A DNA stretch of 64,000 bases from Candidatus Iainarchaeum sp. (lineage in GTDB: Archaea; Iainarchaeota; Iainarchaeia; Iainarchaeales; JAFCCW01): positions 590 to 64,589 of the forward strand of contig JAFCCW010000002.1 of the NCBI GenBank assembly GCA_017609985.1, written 5' to 3'. This document shows positions 1 through 8,529 of this stretch, piece after piece. The notes beneath the pieces are model-generated. The model did no database searches. It saw only the letters and a list, made by a program, of their open reading frames with translations, and was not told the DNA's origin. Within the stretch, counting starts at the first letter, position 1; each line of letters starts with the position of its first letter. A program made the position numbers and the translations under genes.

Positions 1-423
1 GTGCACGCCAAGGTAAACGCGTGAAATCATTACCCCCAAAACAAGCAGTCCAAGAGCAATTGTTTTTCTCTTTCCCCTAAAAAAAGAAAAAGCTGCTCCA
101 GCCATTGTAGCGTGTCCGCTTGGAAAAGAATAATTACTCAAGTACTCTCCAATTAACAAATCAACATTTTTAAATGAAGGGCGTGGTCTTGCAATTCCTA
201 TTTTCAATGCCCCAGTTAGTGCAGAGGCAAAAACAATCAGTCCTGCAAGAAAGAAAGACCTGTTTTCTTCTCCCTTCCAGTAAAGCCAGGCAACCACAAA
301 AAACCAAAACAATGGGTTTCCAAGAAAAGTAATTGCAAGCATTAAAATTGTTAAAAAATCATTTTGCAATCCTGACACTAGACTTATCGCTGCTTCATCC
401 AGTGCGAGAATTGTTTCAATCAT
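1..423 (-). CDS. PAP2-family membrane phosphatase (type-2 phosphatidic acid phosphatase / undecaprenyl-diphosphatase-like); C-terminus cut by the window edge
   Basis: Absent from the ORF track because it runs off the edge. My minus-strand translation from ATG at 423 reads MIETILALDEAAISLVSGLQNDFLTILMLAITFLGNPLFWFFVVAWLYWKGEENRSFFLAGLIVFASALTGALKIGIARPRPSFKNVDLLIGEYLSNYSFPSGHATMAGAAFSFFRGKRKTIALGLLVLGVMISRVYLGVH. It carries the three PAP2 motifs (KxxxxxxRP, PSGH, SRxxxxxH). The start lies 2 nt after the stop of ORF 426..872. Confidence 0.7.
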   Translation of the reverse strand, partial: MIETILALDEAAISLVSGLQNDFLTILMLAITFLGNPLFWFFVVAWLYWKGEENRSFFLAGLIVFASALTGALKIGIARPRPSFKNVDLLIGEYLSNYSFPSGHATMAGAAFSFFRGKRKTIALGLLVLGVMISRVYLGVH

Positions 424-425
424 TT

Positions 426-872
426 CTATGCCTTTTTCTTTTTAAGTCGCTTCATTCCTGGAACATCAATGTCAGAATAGTCAAACGGAAGCTTGCATTG
501 TTTTAATGCTTTTCTTGTAGCATAAGTTTTGCAAAACTGCGCTAGCTCTTTTTTCTCGTTTTTCTGAAGCTTTTCCAAATCAGTTATTTCATTGACTATT
601 GAAGAGATTTTTCTGCTGTTAACTGCTTTCAGCGCGCTTGCAATATCCTTCTCACTCTTTCCAATGTCTTCAAGCTCTTCTTGAAGCGCAAGGTCAAGTT
701 TTTCTAAGGAAACTTCTTTTCTCAGGTTTTCTTCAACCTTTCCATCAAGTGAAGTGGCAAGGCTTGCAAGAAACTCCATTATTGTTCGAGGCTGCATTCC
801 CTCAACTACTGTGAGTTTTTTTATAGATTTCCAGTCCCCATAGTTTGCAACAAATTGTATTGAATTTTCCAT
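426..872 (-). CDS. hypothetical protein (148 aa, K/E-rich, probably helical)
   Basis: Intact ORF packed against the downstream PAP2 gene. No motif recognised. Confidence 0.55.
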   Translation of the reverse strand: MENSIQFVANYGDWKSIKKLTVVEGMQPRTIMEFLASLATSLDGKVEENLRKEVSLEKLDLALQEELEDIGKSEKDIASALKAVNSRKISSIVNEITDLEKLQKNEKKELAQFCKTYATRKALKQCKLPFDYSDIDVPGMKRLKKKKA

Positions 873-960
873 GCAATCAACTCCTTTTATTCCTGCAAAT
901 ATAACAAGTTTCAGATATTTATTGGTTTTGAATCAGAGCAAGAAACCAATTTTAAAAAAA

Positions 961-1032
961 GCCTTCGGTGGGATTTGAACCCACGACCCCCTGCTTACAA
1001 GGCAAGTGCTCTGGCCACTGAGCTACGAAGGC
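961..1032 (-). tRNA. tRNA-Thr (anticodon UGU)
   Basis: Reverse complement folds by hand as gccttcg-ta-gctc-agtggcca-gagc-a-cttgc-CTTGTAA-gcagg-gggtc-gtggg-ttcaaat-cccac-cgaaggc. It has a 7-bp acceptor stem, a GG D-loop and a TTCAAAT T-loop. No CCA is encoded. Confidence 0.9.
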
Positions 1033-1168
1033 AGTCTTTCTTGTCAGACCGTGTTATGGTTTAACAAAATTTGTCTGCTAAACATTTAAAACCTATTCTT
1101 AAGCAAAGGATAATGATTTAAAGTTTCAAAAACACTTCTTTTATGTGAACTCGGAAAGGAGACTGTGA

Positions 1169-1816
1169 ATGGATTCTATTTTCCTTGATTGTCTTAACCT
1201 CAATTGCAGTAAATGTTGTTCTCTATACTATATTACAATTCTTCCAAGCGAGGCAAGAAATATCGCTGAATTTCTTTCTGTTTCATTTAAACAATTTATC
1301 AAAAAACACACTAGCCTATATCTGCAACTTTTTAAAGTAGAAAAAAGAAACTCCCGCCTCACAGTCTCAAGCCAGTTTCTTCCAAAAAGAATTGCTGACT
1401 CTTTCGAAGACAAATTTGGGACTCTTTCTGAAAAATTTCTTTTCCTTCCTTCCATTGCCTTAAAAAGAGAGGGAAAAGACTGTTGTTTTTTGGAGCAAGG
1501 AAAATGCAGAATTTATCAGGCAAGACCTGCTCCCTGCTCTCTTTTCCCTTTTGTTTCGCTCAAAAAAGACGAGGTTCTTGAATTCCGGAAAATTTATCCT
1601 TTCTGCAAGGCTCTTGAAAAAGGAAAATTGTATTCCAACAAAAGCAAAAGCTATCAATGGAGGGTTGAAAAAAATTTCAATAAAATAGAAAAGCAGGGAT
1701 TCAAGAATGTCTGGAATCACTTGCCTGAAAAAGGAATATCCTGCTTTGAAGACAAGCTAATTTGCAAAATTTCAAAACAGGATTTTGTTGACTCTATTTC
1801 TCCGTTCTATGAGTGA
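1169..1816 (+). CDS. YkgJ/UPF0153-type cysteine-cluster (CxxCxxCC) putative Fe-S/zinc protein
   Basis: N-terminal CLNLNCSKCC and a later CCFLEQGKCRIYQARPAPCSLFPF match the CxxCxxCC family pattern. A GGAAAGGAG Shine-Dalgarno-like sequence lies 7 nt upstream of the ATG. Confidence 0.6.
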   Translation: MDSIFLDCLNLNCSKCCSLYYITILPSEARNIAEFLSVSFKQFIKKHTSLYLQLFKVEKRNSRLTVSSQFLPKRIADSFEDKFGTLSEKFLFLPSIALKREGKDCCFLEQGKCRIYQARPAPCSLFPFVSLKKDEVLEFRKIYPFCKALEKGKLYSNKSKSYQWRVEKNFNKIEKQGFKNVWNHLPEKGISCFEDKLICKISKQDFVDSISPFYE

Positions 1817-1844
1817 GTGCCAACTCAGGGAATGAATGCCAAAT

Positions 1845-2552
1845 CTATGAATATATATCGAACAGGTAGTTGAGTTCAAGAATTTTTTCCGCGTGCACAA
1901 ACTGTTGCAGTGGGTCTGATGTGACAAAAAAGTTTCCTTTAATTCTTTTAATATACTCGCTCATCAAACTGTCAAATTCTTTTTTTACCCCTGCTTCTTC
2001 AATTTGGTTTTCTTCCAAAAACTCTTGTTCTAGAAAATCTTCGCCAAGCACATCTGCTTGCTTAATTACTTCAAGTTCTTCTCCTGCAATCTCAGCAATA
2101 GTTTCACTTATTTCAATATCCTGTTCAATTGAGACTCTTGCTTCATAGCTTAGCTGTGCAAGATATGTCTGAAAAATGTTTGCTCCAACCTGTTTTTCAA
2201 ATCCTTGTCTAGCCTCTTCTTCTGTTTTAGCAAGCATTACTTCATTGAAGTATCTTGTTTCTTTTTCAATAACCCAGTCCATGTCGCTCTCGACACTTTT
2301 TGCAAGCTTTGTTAAAGCGCTTGCTGTCAACGGAGTTGCTGTTTCAGAAGGACTCACTATTTTTACAGTGTCTTGTTTTACGAGAATTGTTTCATCGTGA
2401 ATCAAGGAAGAAGAATCCTTTATTTTTTGCATGCAGTCTTCACACCCTGTCGGAGTGGAAGTGAAAAAAACTATTGTTCCTGCAATCAGCACGAGCACTG
2501 CAAGAACAACAATTCCAATAACCTGTTCTTTTTCAAAATTCAATTTATTCAT
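1845..2552 (-). CDS. hypothetical single-pass membrane protein with an acidic C-terminal region
   Basis: The track ORF 1845..2651 overlaps the upstream gene. The internal ATG at 2552 (MNKLNFEKEQVIGIVVLAVLVLIAGTIVFF, one TM helix) gives an 8-nt overlap with the stop of 2545..3114, which is typical operon coupling. Confidence 0.55.
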   Translation of the reverse strand: MNKLNFEKEQVIGIVVLAVLVLIAGTIVFFTSTPTGCEDCMQKIKDSSSLIHDETILVKQDTVKIVSPSETATPLTASALTKLAKSVESDMDWVIEKETRYFNEVMLAKTEEEARQGFEKQVGANIFQTYLAQLSYEARVSIEQDIEISETIAEIAGEELEVIKQADVLGEDFLEQEFLEENQIEEAGVKKEFDSLMSEYIKRIKGNFFVTSDPLQQFVHAEKILELNYLFDIYS

Positions 2553-3114
2553 TTTCTTCACCCAAGAAAAGTTTTTCTTTAATTTCTTCAATGTTTGCTC
2601 TTGTGTCAGAGCACCCGTCTCTAATGAGAAGAGCTGCTTGCGGGAAAACATCAGTTCCCTTTAGGTTGTCAAAAGCAAGTTGTGCTTCATTGTAACAACA
2701 GACTCCAAGAACTGCTTTTGGTTTGTATTTTCCAATCAGCTTGATTAACATGCTTCCGCCTGGCACAACAAATGTTTTTTTTACACCAGCTTCATTTGCT
2801 AAATCAATAATTTCTGAAATCTGGCACTTGCCGCATTTCTTGCACTCAAGCCCTTCTTCTCCAAGCTCTGCTTTGCATTCTTTGCTGTGCCGAAGGCAAT
2901 GGGGGAGAAAAAGAATTCGCTCCTCTTTTGGAACTCGCTTGTAGCCTGATTCAAAAAGCTTGTTTCTGAATTCAATGTGAGTAAAATTAATCCACTGGTT
3001 TCTTAATCCGAGCTTTTTTGCAACAATTTCTGTTGCATCAGCAACATCAAGATGTGCTCCAGTATCAATCAAATCAGAAATGCTTTCCTTAATTCTTTCA
3101 GAAATTGAAATCAT
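2545..3114 (-). CDS. DUF116-family protein
   Basis: ILFLPHCLRHSKECKAELGEEGLECKKCGKCQI, then VVPGGSM and LGVCCYNE, match the pattern I remember for DUF116 (LPHCL...C..CG.C...GG). Confidence 0.6.
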   Translation of the reverse strand: MISISERIKESISDLIDTGAHLDVADATEIVAKKLGLRNQWINFTHIEFRNKLFESGYKRVPKEERILFLPHCLRHSKECKAELGEEGLECKKCGKCQISEIIDLANEAGVKKTFVVPGGSMLIKLIGKYKPKAVLGVCCYNEAQLAFDNLKGTDVFPQAALLIRDGCSDTRANIEEIKEKLFLGEENE

Positions 3115-3193
3115 TTAAATCAATAGATTTCAATACAAAGATGATTAAAAAACAATTGTTTTGCTCTTAAATAATTTTAATTTTCAAAAAAAG

Positions 3194-3284
3194 AAACCCG
3201 TTAGGGGGGATACAGGGAGGAGGTCTGATAAAAAACCCTAGTGTTGGGAAACCCTTTCCGGGATATAGATACCTCCTTTGTATC
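3194..3284. ncRNA. candidate small structured RNA (GC-rich island in an AT-rich 458-nt divergent intergenic region); strand and identity unknown
   Basis: GATACAGGGAGGAGGT (3209-3224) pairs with ACCTCCTTTGTATC (3271-3284). Three AAACCC-N(3-7)-GGG mini-hairpins lie inside or next to this stem. CTGA and GATA elements sit next to the stem. Confidence 0.25.
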
Positions 3285-3572
3285 TTGTTTTAGATTGGTT
3301 TTTTTACAATCATCTGATAGCACTACTGTATTGAAGTTAATAATTTTTAGCAGTTGGAAAATCAAACCAATACTTGCTTTCAGTTAAGGGAACTGAATTA
3401 TTTTGCAGTTTTTTTCAAGAAACAGCCCTTTAAAAGCCTTTCTTATGCAATTTTTATTATACGAAAAGGATTTGATAAACTCTATTTTTTCTTAATTGAA
3501 AATTTGTCCTTCGGGAAATAGCGTTTTGCCTTTTTGCAAAAGTCTTTTTAGAGACAAAAAGGAGTTGAAAAA

Positions 3573-4676
3573 TTGAAATTTGAAGAATTTAACATTAGCG
3601 ATAACATAAAACAGGCAATTAAAGAAAAAGGATTTGAAAACCCTTCCGAGGTTCAAGAGGAAGTAATTCCTGTTGCACTCAAAGGAAAAGACCTTGTCGG
3701 AAAGTCAAAGACTGGAACAGGGAAAACAGCAGCATTTGCAATACCCCTCATTGAAAAAATAAAACAGGGCAAGGCATTTTCTGCACTGATTGTAACTCCA
3801 ACAAGAGAGCTTGCAATTCAGGTCAAAAAAGAAATTGACTCTCTTTTGATATACACGAATTTGAAAGCAGTTACTGTTTTTGGAGGCGAAAGCGTTTCAA
3901 AACAAGCATCACTGCTTATGGCAAAGCCAGAGATTGTGGTTGGCACACCTGGAAGAATCCTTGACTTTATTTCTCGCAGAAAACTTGATTTTTCAAGAGC
4001 TGAATTCTTGGTTCTTGACGAAGCAGACAGAATGTTTGACATGGGTTTCAGGGACGACATTGAAAAAATAATCTCTAACTTTCCAAACCAGAGACAGACA
4101 ATGCTTTTTTCAGCAACAATGCCTTTGGAAATTGAAAGGCTCATTGACCGTTATCTGAAAAAAGACAAGGTTTTCTTTAATCTAAGCGAAGACAAGCTTT
4201 CTGTTGATGAAGTAGAACAATACTATGTCAGGGTTGACAAAAATGAGAAGATTTCTGCTCTTGAAGATGTAATCAACTGGGAAAAGGATTCAAAAACACT
4301 TGTTTTTTGCAGAACAAAGCGAACAGTTGATTGGCTTGAAAGACAGCTTTCAAGACGCGGAATAAAGGTTTTGCCATTGCATGGAGACAAAAGACAAAAT
4401 GCAAGAAATGCAATATTGCACAAATTCAAAACAGGCAGAATCCCAGTAATGATTGCAACAGACATTGTTGCAAGAGGAATCCACATAGATGACATAGACA
4501 ATGTAGTCAATTTTGACATGCCTGATGAACCAGAAACATATGTTCACAGAATTGGCAGGACTGCAAGACAGGGAAAAGAAGGGCTGGCAATAACCTTCTG
4601 CACCAATGCAATGGATATCCAAAACATTGAAAAAATAGGAGAAAAAATAAACACAACAATTTCAGAGCTTTCATAG
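3573..4676 (+). CDS. DEAD-box ATP-dependent RNA helicase
   Basis: All core motifs are present: Q-motif region, AKTGTGKTAAF-like SKTGTGKTAAF, PTRELA, VLDEADRM, SAT, and HRIGRTARQG. TTG start with GGAG 8 nt upstream. Confidence 0.95.
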   Translation: MKFEEFNISDNIKQAIKEKGFENPSEVQEEVIPVALKGKDLVGKSKTGTGKTAAFAIPLIEKIKQGKAFSALIVTPTRELAIQVKKEIDSLLIYTNLKAVTVFGGESVSKQASLLMAKPEIVVGTPGRILDFISRRKLDFSRAEFLVLDEADRMFDMGFRDDIEKIISNFPNQRQTMLFSATMPLEIERLIDRYLKKDKVFFNLSEDKLSVDEVEQYYVRVDKNEKISALEDVINWEKDSKTLVFCRTKRTVDWLERQLSRRGIKVLPLHGDKRQNARNAILHKFKTGRIPVMIATDIVARGIHIDDIDNVVNFDMPDEPETYVHRIGRTARQGKEGLAITFCTNAMDIQNIEKIGEKINTTISELS

Positions 4677-4729
4677 GCTTTGAAATTTATTAATTTTCTT
4701 ATTTTCTTTTACTGTAGTTTATTGCAAAA

Positions 4730-4924
4730 TTAGCTCATTTTAAGAGCGCTATTAAACAGGTCAGCTAACTCTTCGCATTCTGTCTGCCCTTCATGCTCTG
4801 CTACAACTCTTGTTAATTGCAATCCATCATAGTATCCTATCAGACTGCAGTGAAATTCTTCTCCGCCAAGCATTCCATTGAATTCGTCTCTTGTCTTGCA
4901 GTATCCGCTACTGTAACCAAGCAC
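4730..4924 (-). CDS. hypothetical small protein (64 aa from a GTG start; the frame is open back to 4981)
   Basis: The protein-like composition (GYCKTRDEFNGMLGGEEFHCSLIGYYDGLQLTRVVAEHEGQTECEELADLFNSALKMS) is better than that of the overlapping plus-strand frames. No family recognised and the start is uncertain. Confidence 0.3.
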   Translation of the reverse strand: MLGYSSGYCKTRDEFNGMLGGEEFHCSLIGYYDGLQLTRVVAEHEGQTECEELADLFNSALKMS

Positions 4925-5090
4925 GGTTTCAATTTCAGTTCCGCTTCCAAAAAACTCGCTGTAAGAAGTTGCAATCTTTGCTCACTCGCATTTTACGAGT
5001 GCATCATTCCATGCAAAAGACGATGCTTGTGAAGCATTTGCTTGTCTTGTTGATTCTTGTTGGTGCAAGGAAGGTCCTGACAGGATTTTT

Positions 5091-5327
5091 ATGGAGTCTC
5101 CGGGAGACCTGTTTCTTGGTACTGCAGAGCAAACAAGGGCCTGGGCAAGCTCTGCATTAATTGCAAAAAGCTTTTCTGATCAGTCATTTGTTCCAGGAGA
5201 AATAACAAAAGTTGTAAAACTGAATACTATTTTCTACAATGCTTTTGTTGAAGACGAAGAAGGAAACGAAACTGTTTACACAGTTGCTATTGACGGAACA
5301 ATCCTAAAAACAGTTTGCGGAGTTTAA
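5091..5327 (+). CDS. hypothetical small protein (78 aa)
   Basis: ATG ORF ending YNAFVEDEEGNETVYTVAIDGTILKTVCGV. The same frame is open upstream to 4965 (Cys-rich CEAFACLVDSCWCKEG) but has no canonical start codon there. Confidence 0.35.
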   Translation: MESPGDLFLGTAEQTRAWASSALIAKSFSDQSFVPGEITKVVKLNTIFYNAFVEDEEGNETVYTVAIDGTILKTVCGV

Positions 5328-5336
5328 GAAAAAAAA

Positions 5337-5411
5337 TGCCCCGGGCGGGATTCGAACCCGCGTCACAGCCTTGAGAGGGCTGGATGCTTGGCCGGGCTAC
5401 ACTACCGGGGC
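5337..5411 (-). tRNA. tRNA-Glu (anticodon CUC)
   Basis: Reverse complement: gccccgg-ta-gtgt-agcccggccaa-gcat-c-cagcc-CTCTCAA-ggctg-tgacg-cgggt-tcgaatc-ccgcccggggc-a. The cloverleaf was folded by hand. Confidence 0.88.
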
Positions 5412-5566
5412 GGTTTGATAAAATCCAATTTAAGCTTTGCTTGAATGAATTGTTAAATAGATTTACTTGAAGAAAGGTTTAAAAAAAAGCCTCAGAACTC
5501 ATAATCCAAATCATTGCCCCTGAAAGGAACTCAGTTCTCAGCCCGATCTTCATCAGCTTTTGTGTA

Positions 5567-6229
5567 TTGTGTTGTGTTTTCCTTTTAATAATAATTAGTT
5601 ATCCTTCTTGTGTGAAAAAGCCTAGAAAACCAGAACAGAAACAGGGCACAAGAGCAGATGCAAGATTGCCCAGGGTCAGGTTTTACACAAGACAGCACAC
5701 TGGCAATCCATTCAGAAGATATGAACAAGATCTTGGAATAAATGTTAATTCTTTTCGAGGCAAAACTGTGCTTGATGTTGCTTCAGGTTATTCAAATTTT
5801 GCAAAAGAATGCAGGGCAAGGGGCATAAACTGTTTTGCAATGGATTTGCCAAATGTTCTTTCAAGAATAAACAAACGCTTTGAAGACAATAATGGAAAAA
5901 AGTTTGCAGTCGCGGGCAAGGCACAAGAAATGCCCTTCAAAAGCAATTCCGTGGACTTGATTGTTTCAAGACGAGGTCTGTTTCATGTTCCTAACCTGTT
6001 CAGTATTCAGTACTGTGTAAAAGAAGCATTAAGGGTTTTGAAACCAGGGGGCGAACTTAGATTTGACCCTCCTCTTGGCATTTTAACAGAAAGCAAAGTA
6101 CGCAAAGAATTCGAAAACTGGCTTGAAAGAAACAATTTTCAAATTGAAAAGCATTATGAACGAGAGTTTCCTTACTTAGTAATTCGAAAAACAGGAAACT
6201 TTGAAAAATTGAATCAAGAGCTGAGGTAA
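5567..6229 (+). CDS. class I SAM-dependent methyltransferase
   Basis: Motif I VLDVASGYSNFA plus LKPGGELRF, typical of the Methyltransf_11 type. The start is uncertain: TTG at 5567 or GTG at 5612, with no upstream ATG. Confidence 0.75.
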   Translation: MCCVFLLIIISYPSCVKKPRKPEQKQGTRADARLPRVRFYTRQHTGNPFRRYEQDLGINVNSFRGKTVLDVASGYSNFAKECRARGINCFAMDLPNVLSRINKRFEDNNGKKFAVAGKAQEMPFKSNSVDLIVSRRGLFHVPNLFSIQYCVKEALRVLKPGGELRFDPPLGILTESKVRKEFENWLERNNFQIEKHYEREFPYLVIRKTGNFEKLNQELR

Positions 6230-6249
6230 TCATGTTAGTTATTGGTTAA

Positions 6250-7305
6250 TCAGATTAATCCTTTTGCCTTCAAAAGCTCTGCATTCAAAACAGCTGCTCC
6301 GGCAGCTCCTCTAACTGTGTTGTGTCCGAGAACAATGAACTTGTAGTCAAGCACAGGGCATTCTCTTACTCTGCCAACCACGCTTCCCATTCCTCTCTCA
6401 AGGTCCCGATCCATTCTCGGCTGTGGTCTGTCATCCTCGTCCATTACAATGATTGGCTGTGAAGGGGAGCTCGGCAAATTCAGTTCCTTTAATGGATTAA
6501 ATTTCTTCATTGCATTCTTCACATCCTCTAGTGAACCTTTTTTATCCAATTCAATATTAAGCGTTTCAAGGTGACCGTCTTTTACGTTCACTCTATTGCA
6601 TTGAGCACTTATTGCAATTTCCGTGTCCTTAAATTCCTGCCCGTTCCATTCGCCAAAAAGCTTTAACGGTTCTTCTTCAACCTTTCCTTCTTCTCCGCCA
6701 ATGAATGGAACAACATTGTCAATTATGTTCAAAGAAGCCACGCCGGGATAACCAGCTCCTGACAATGCTTGCATGCTTGTCAGGAAAATCTTGTTAATTC
6801 CAAATTCCTGGTGCAGTGGAGCAAGAGCTAAAACAAACTGAATAGTTGTGCAGTTAGGATTTGTAACAATAAATCCTTCCCAGTCTCTGTTCTTTTTCTG
6901 CACTTTGACAGAGTCAAGATGCTGAGCATTAACTTCTGGAATCAGCAAGGGAACATCTTTCTCCATGCGATGGTTTTTGGAGTTGCTGACAACAGCAAAA
7001 CCTGCTTTTGCAAATTCTTTTTCGATTGGTTCAGCTACTCCTGAGTCCAGCGCGCCGAAAGCTATTTTTCCATCAATATTTTCTGCATTGCATTCAACAA
7101 TCTTCATTTCCCTTGCATAGTCTGGAATTGAGTCAGAAACAATCCATCTTCCCCCAACAGCTTCCTCGTATGTCTTTTCCGCACTCCGCTCACTTGCTCC
7201 AAGTGCAGTGACTTCAAACCAGGGGTGGTTGTCAAGCAACTGGATAAAGCGCTGGCCAACCATTCCGGTTGCTCCAAGAACACAAACAGGAATTTTTTTA
7301 GTCAT
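6250..7305 (-). CDS. asd: aspartate-semialdehyde dehydrogenase
   Basis: N-terminal [12 protein letters not shown] Rossmann motif, active-site NPNCTTIQ, and [12 protein letters not shown]. Archaeal-type length of 351 aa. Confidence 0.9.
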   Translation of the reverse strand: MTKKIPVCVLGATGMVGQRFIQLLDNHPWFEVTALGASERSAEKTYEEAVGGRWIVSDSIPDYAREMKIVECNAENIDGKIAFGALDSGVAEPIEKEFAKAGFAVVSNSKNHRMEKDVPLLIPEVNAQHLDSVKVQKKNRDWEGFIVTNPNCTTIQFVLALAPLHQEFGINKIFLTSMQALSGAGYPGVASLNIIDNVVPFIGGEEGKVEEEPLKLFGEWNGQEFKDTEIAISAQCNRVNVKDGHLETLNIELDKKGSLEDVKNAMKKFNPLKELNLPSSPSQPIIVMDEDDRPQPRMDRDLERGMGSVVGRVRECPVLDYKFIVLGHNTVRGAAGAAVLNAELLKAKGLI

Positions 7306-7436
7306 TTTTATCTTAAAAACAATGATACGAATATTATTAAAAAACTAACTAAAAATTACGAAAAACAGATTAACAACAAGGAAAAGACTTTGTTTCCTTT
7401 AACTAAAATATTTTTCTCACTAAAAAAAGTAAAATA

Positions 7437-7542
7437 TGCCACGGGGGAGATTTGAACTCCCAACCTCTTGATTATGAGTTTCGCTCCACACAACAAAGTG
7501 TTATAGTGGTCAAGCGCTCTAACCAGGCTGAGCTACCGTGGC
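7437..7542 (-). tRNA. tRNA with CAU anticodon (elongator Met or Ile2) carrying a ~31-nt intron at a non-canonical position
   Basis: Reverse complement: gccacgg-ta-gctc-agcctggtt-agagc-g-cttga-[ccactataacactttgttgtgtggagcgaaa]-CTCATAA-tcaag-aggtt-gggag-ttcaaat-ctccc-ccgtggc. The insert lies 5' of the anticodon loop (31/32 or 32/33), not at 37/38. The anticodon stem lacks the three G-C pairs of an initiator. Confidence 0.8.
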
Positions 7543-7603
7543 ACTACTCATTTGGTTATAGCTCAAGAATTTGTCCTGTTAAATCTTTAAAAGCTTGTTC
7601 TTT

Positions 7604-8341
7604 TCAAAAAATGCTCATTATGTTCTTTATGTCTTTCAGGTCATCGTCTTCGGCAATGGATGTCTCTGCGGCAAGCCTGCTCTTAACCTCAATCTTCCTG
7701 TTATGTAGAATTATTCTGTCTGCATAGCCTATGAACAGCCCTGTTTCAAGTACGCCGGGAATATGTTTTGCCTGATAATCCAAATCGTCAAGCGAGTAAA
7801 TCTTGTCCACTTCAACGTCCACAATATAGTGCCCTGTTTCTGTCTGGTATAGCTGGCTTGACTTCTTTCCTTTCTTTCTAATCCTTGCTTTTCCAAGCGC
7901 TTCCAGCTGGTCAACTGTTTTCTTGAATCCAAACTTTGCTATTTCAAAGGGAACCCTTCCCGACAAAAACTTCACATAGTTTTTTTCTTTTGCAACAATA
8001 ATCAATTCCTCTGCGCTCTGTGCAATCATCTTGTCCCTCACAAGCGAGGAGGAATCTCTCTTAACATAGTTAAATCCAGAGTCCACCAAATCAGCAAACT
8101 CTATTGCAAGGTCTATATCTGCATCATCAATTTTTGCGCTTGGAATTTTGAGGTCTGAAAGCAGTGCAGCAATTTCCATAGATGTGGGCACAACTTTTAT
8201 TGATAACCCAGCTTCCTCCACATCAACAGCCAGCTTTTTTAGAATTTTTTCCGACAGCTCGCTTGAGCCAAAAGCAACAACATCTTTTTTGCTTATATAC
8301 TTCTCTACAAGCACATCAACTACTGTGTCATCCCACTTCAT
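7604..8341 (-). CDS. ribose-5-phosphate isomerase A-like protein (divergent)
   Basis: The layout is colinear with RpiA: VVPTS, a DxADxVD-like EFADLVD, a K(GGG)-like VKRDSSSLVRDKMIA, TETGHYIVD, and IPGVLETGLF. Several conserved positions are substituted; see the finding. Confidence 0.65.
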   Translation of the reverse strand: MKWDDTVVDVLVEKYISKKDVVAFGSSELSEKILKKLAVDVEEAGLSIKVVPTSMEIAALLSDLKIPSAKIDDADIDLAIEFADLVDSGFNYVKRDSSSLVRDKMIAQSAEELIIVAKEKNYVKFLSGRVPFEIAKFGFKKTVDQLEALGKARIRKKGKKSSQLYQTETGHYIVDVEVDKIYSLDDLDYQAKHIPGVLETGLFIGYADRIILHNRKIEVKSRLAAETSIAEDDDLKDIKNIMSIF

Positions 8342-8402
8342 TCAAATCAATTATATTACTGCTTTTGAATATCTTTTATTGTTTCAGCAGATAATTCCAT
8401 AA

Positions 8403-8474
8403 AGCCCAAGGGGGGAGTCGAACCCCCGACCTCGTCCTTACCAAGGACGTGCTCTACCACTGAGCCACTTGGGC
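8403..8474 (-). tRNA. tRNA-Thr (anticodon GGU)
   Basis: Reverse complement: gcccaag-tg-gctc-agtggt-agagc-a-cgtcc-TTGGTAA-ggacg-aggtc-ggggg-ttcgact-ccccc-cttgggc-t. Confidence 0.9.
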
Positions 8475-8529
8475 GTTAAAACAATTTCATTCAAAAAAAG
8501 CTTTTAAGGGAATAGTTTTTCTCGGAACT

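Noticed and set aside
1228-1720. Minus-strand ORFs 1228..1455 and 1460..1720
   Set aside because: They are antisense to, and nested within, the CxxCxxCC-motif gene 1169..1816. They have no motifs and are shadow ORFs.
4817-5160. Plus-strand ORFs 4817..5032 and 4891..5160
   Set aside because: Their translations look like nonsense (e.g. FQFQFRFQKTRCKK). They overlap two better candidates: minus 4730..4924 and plus 5091..5327. The whole 4.7-5.3 kb region remains low confidence.
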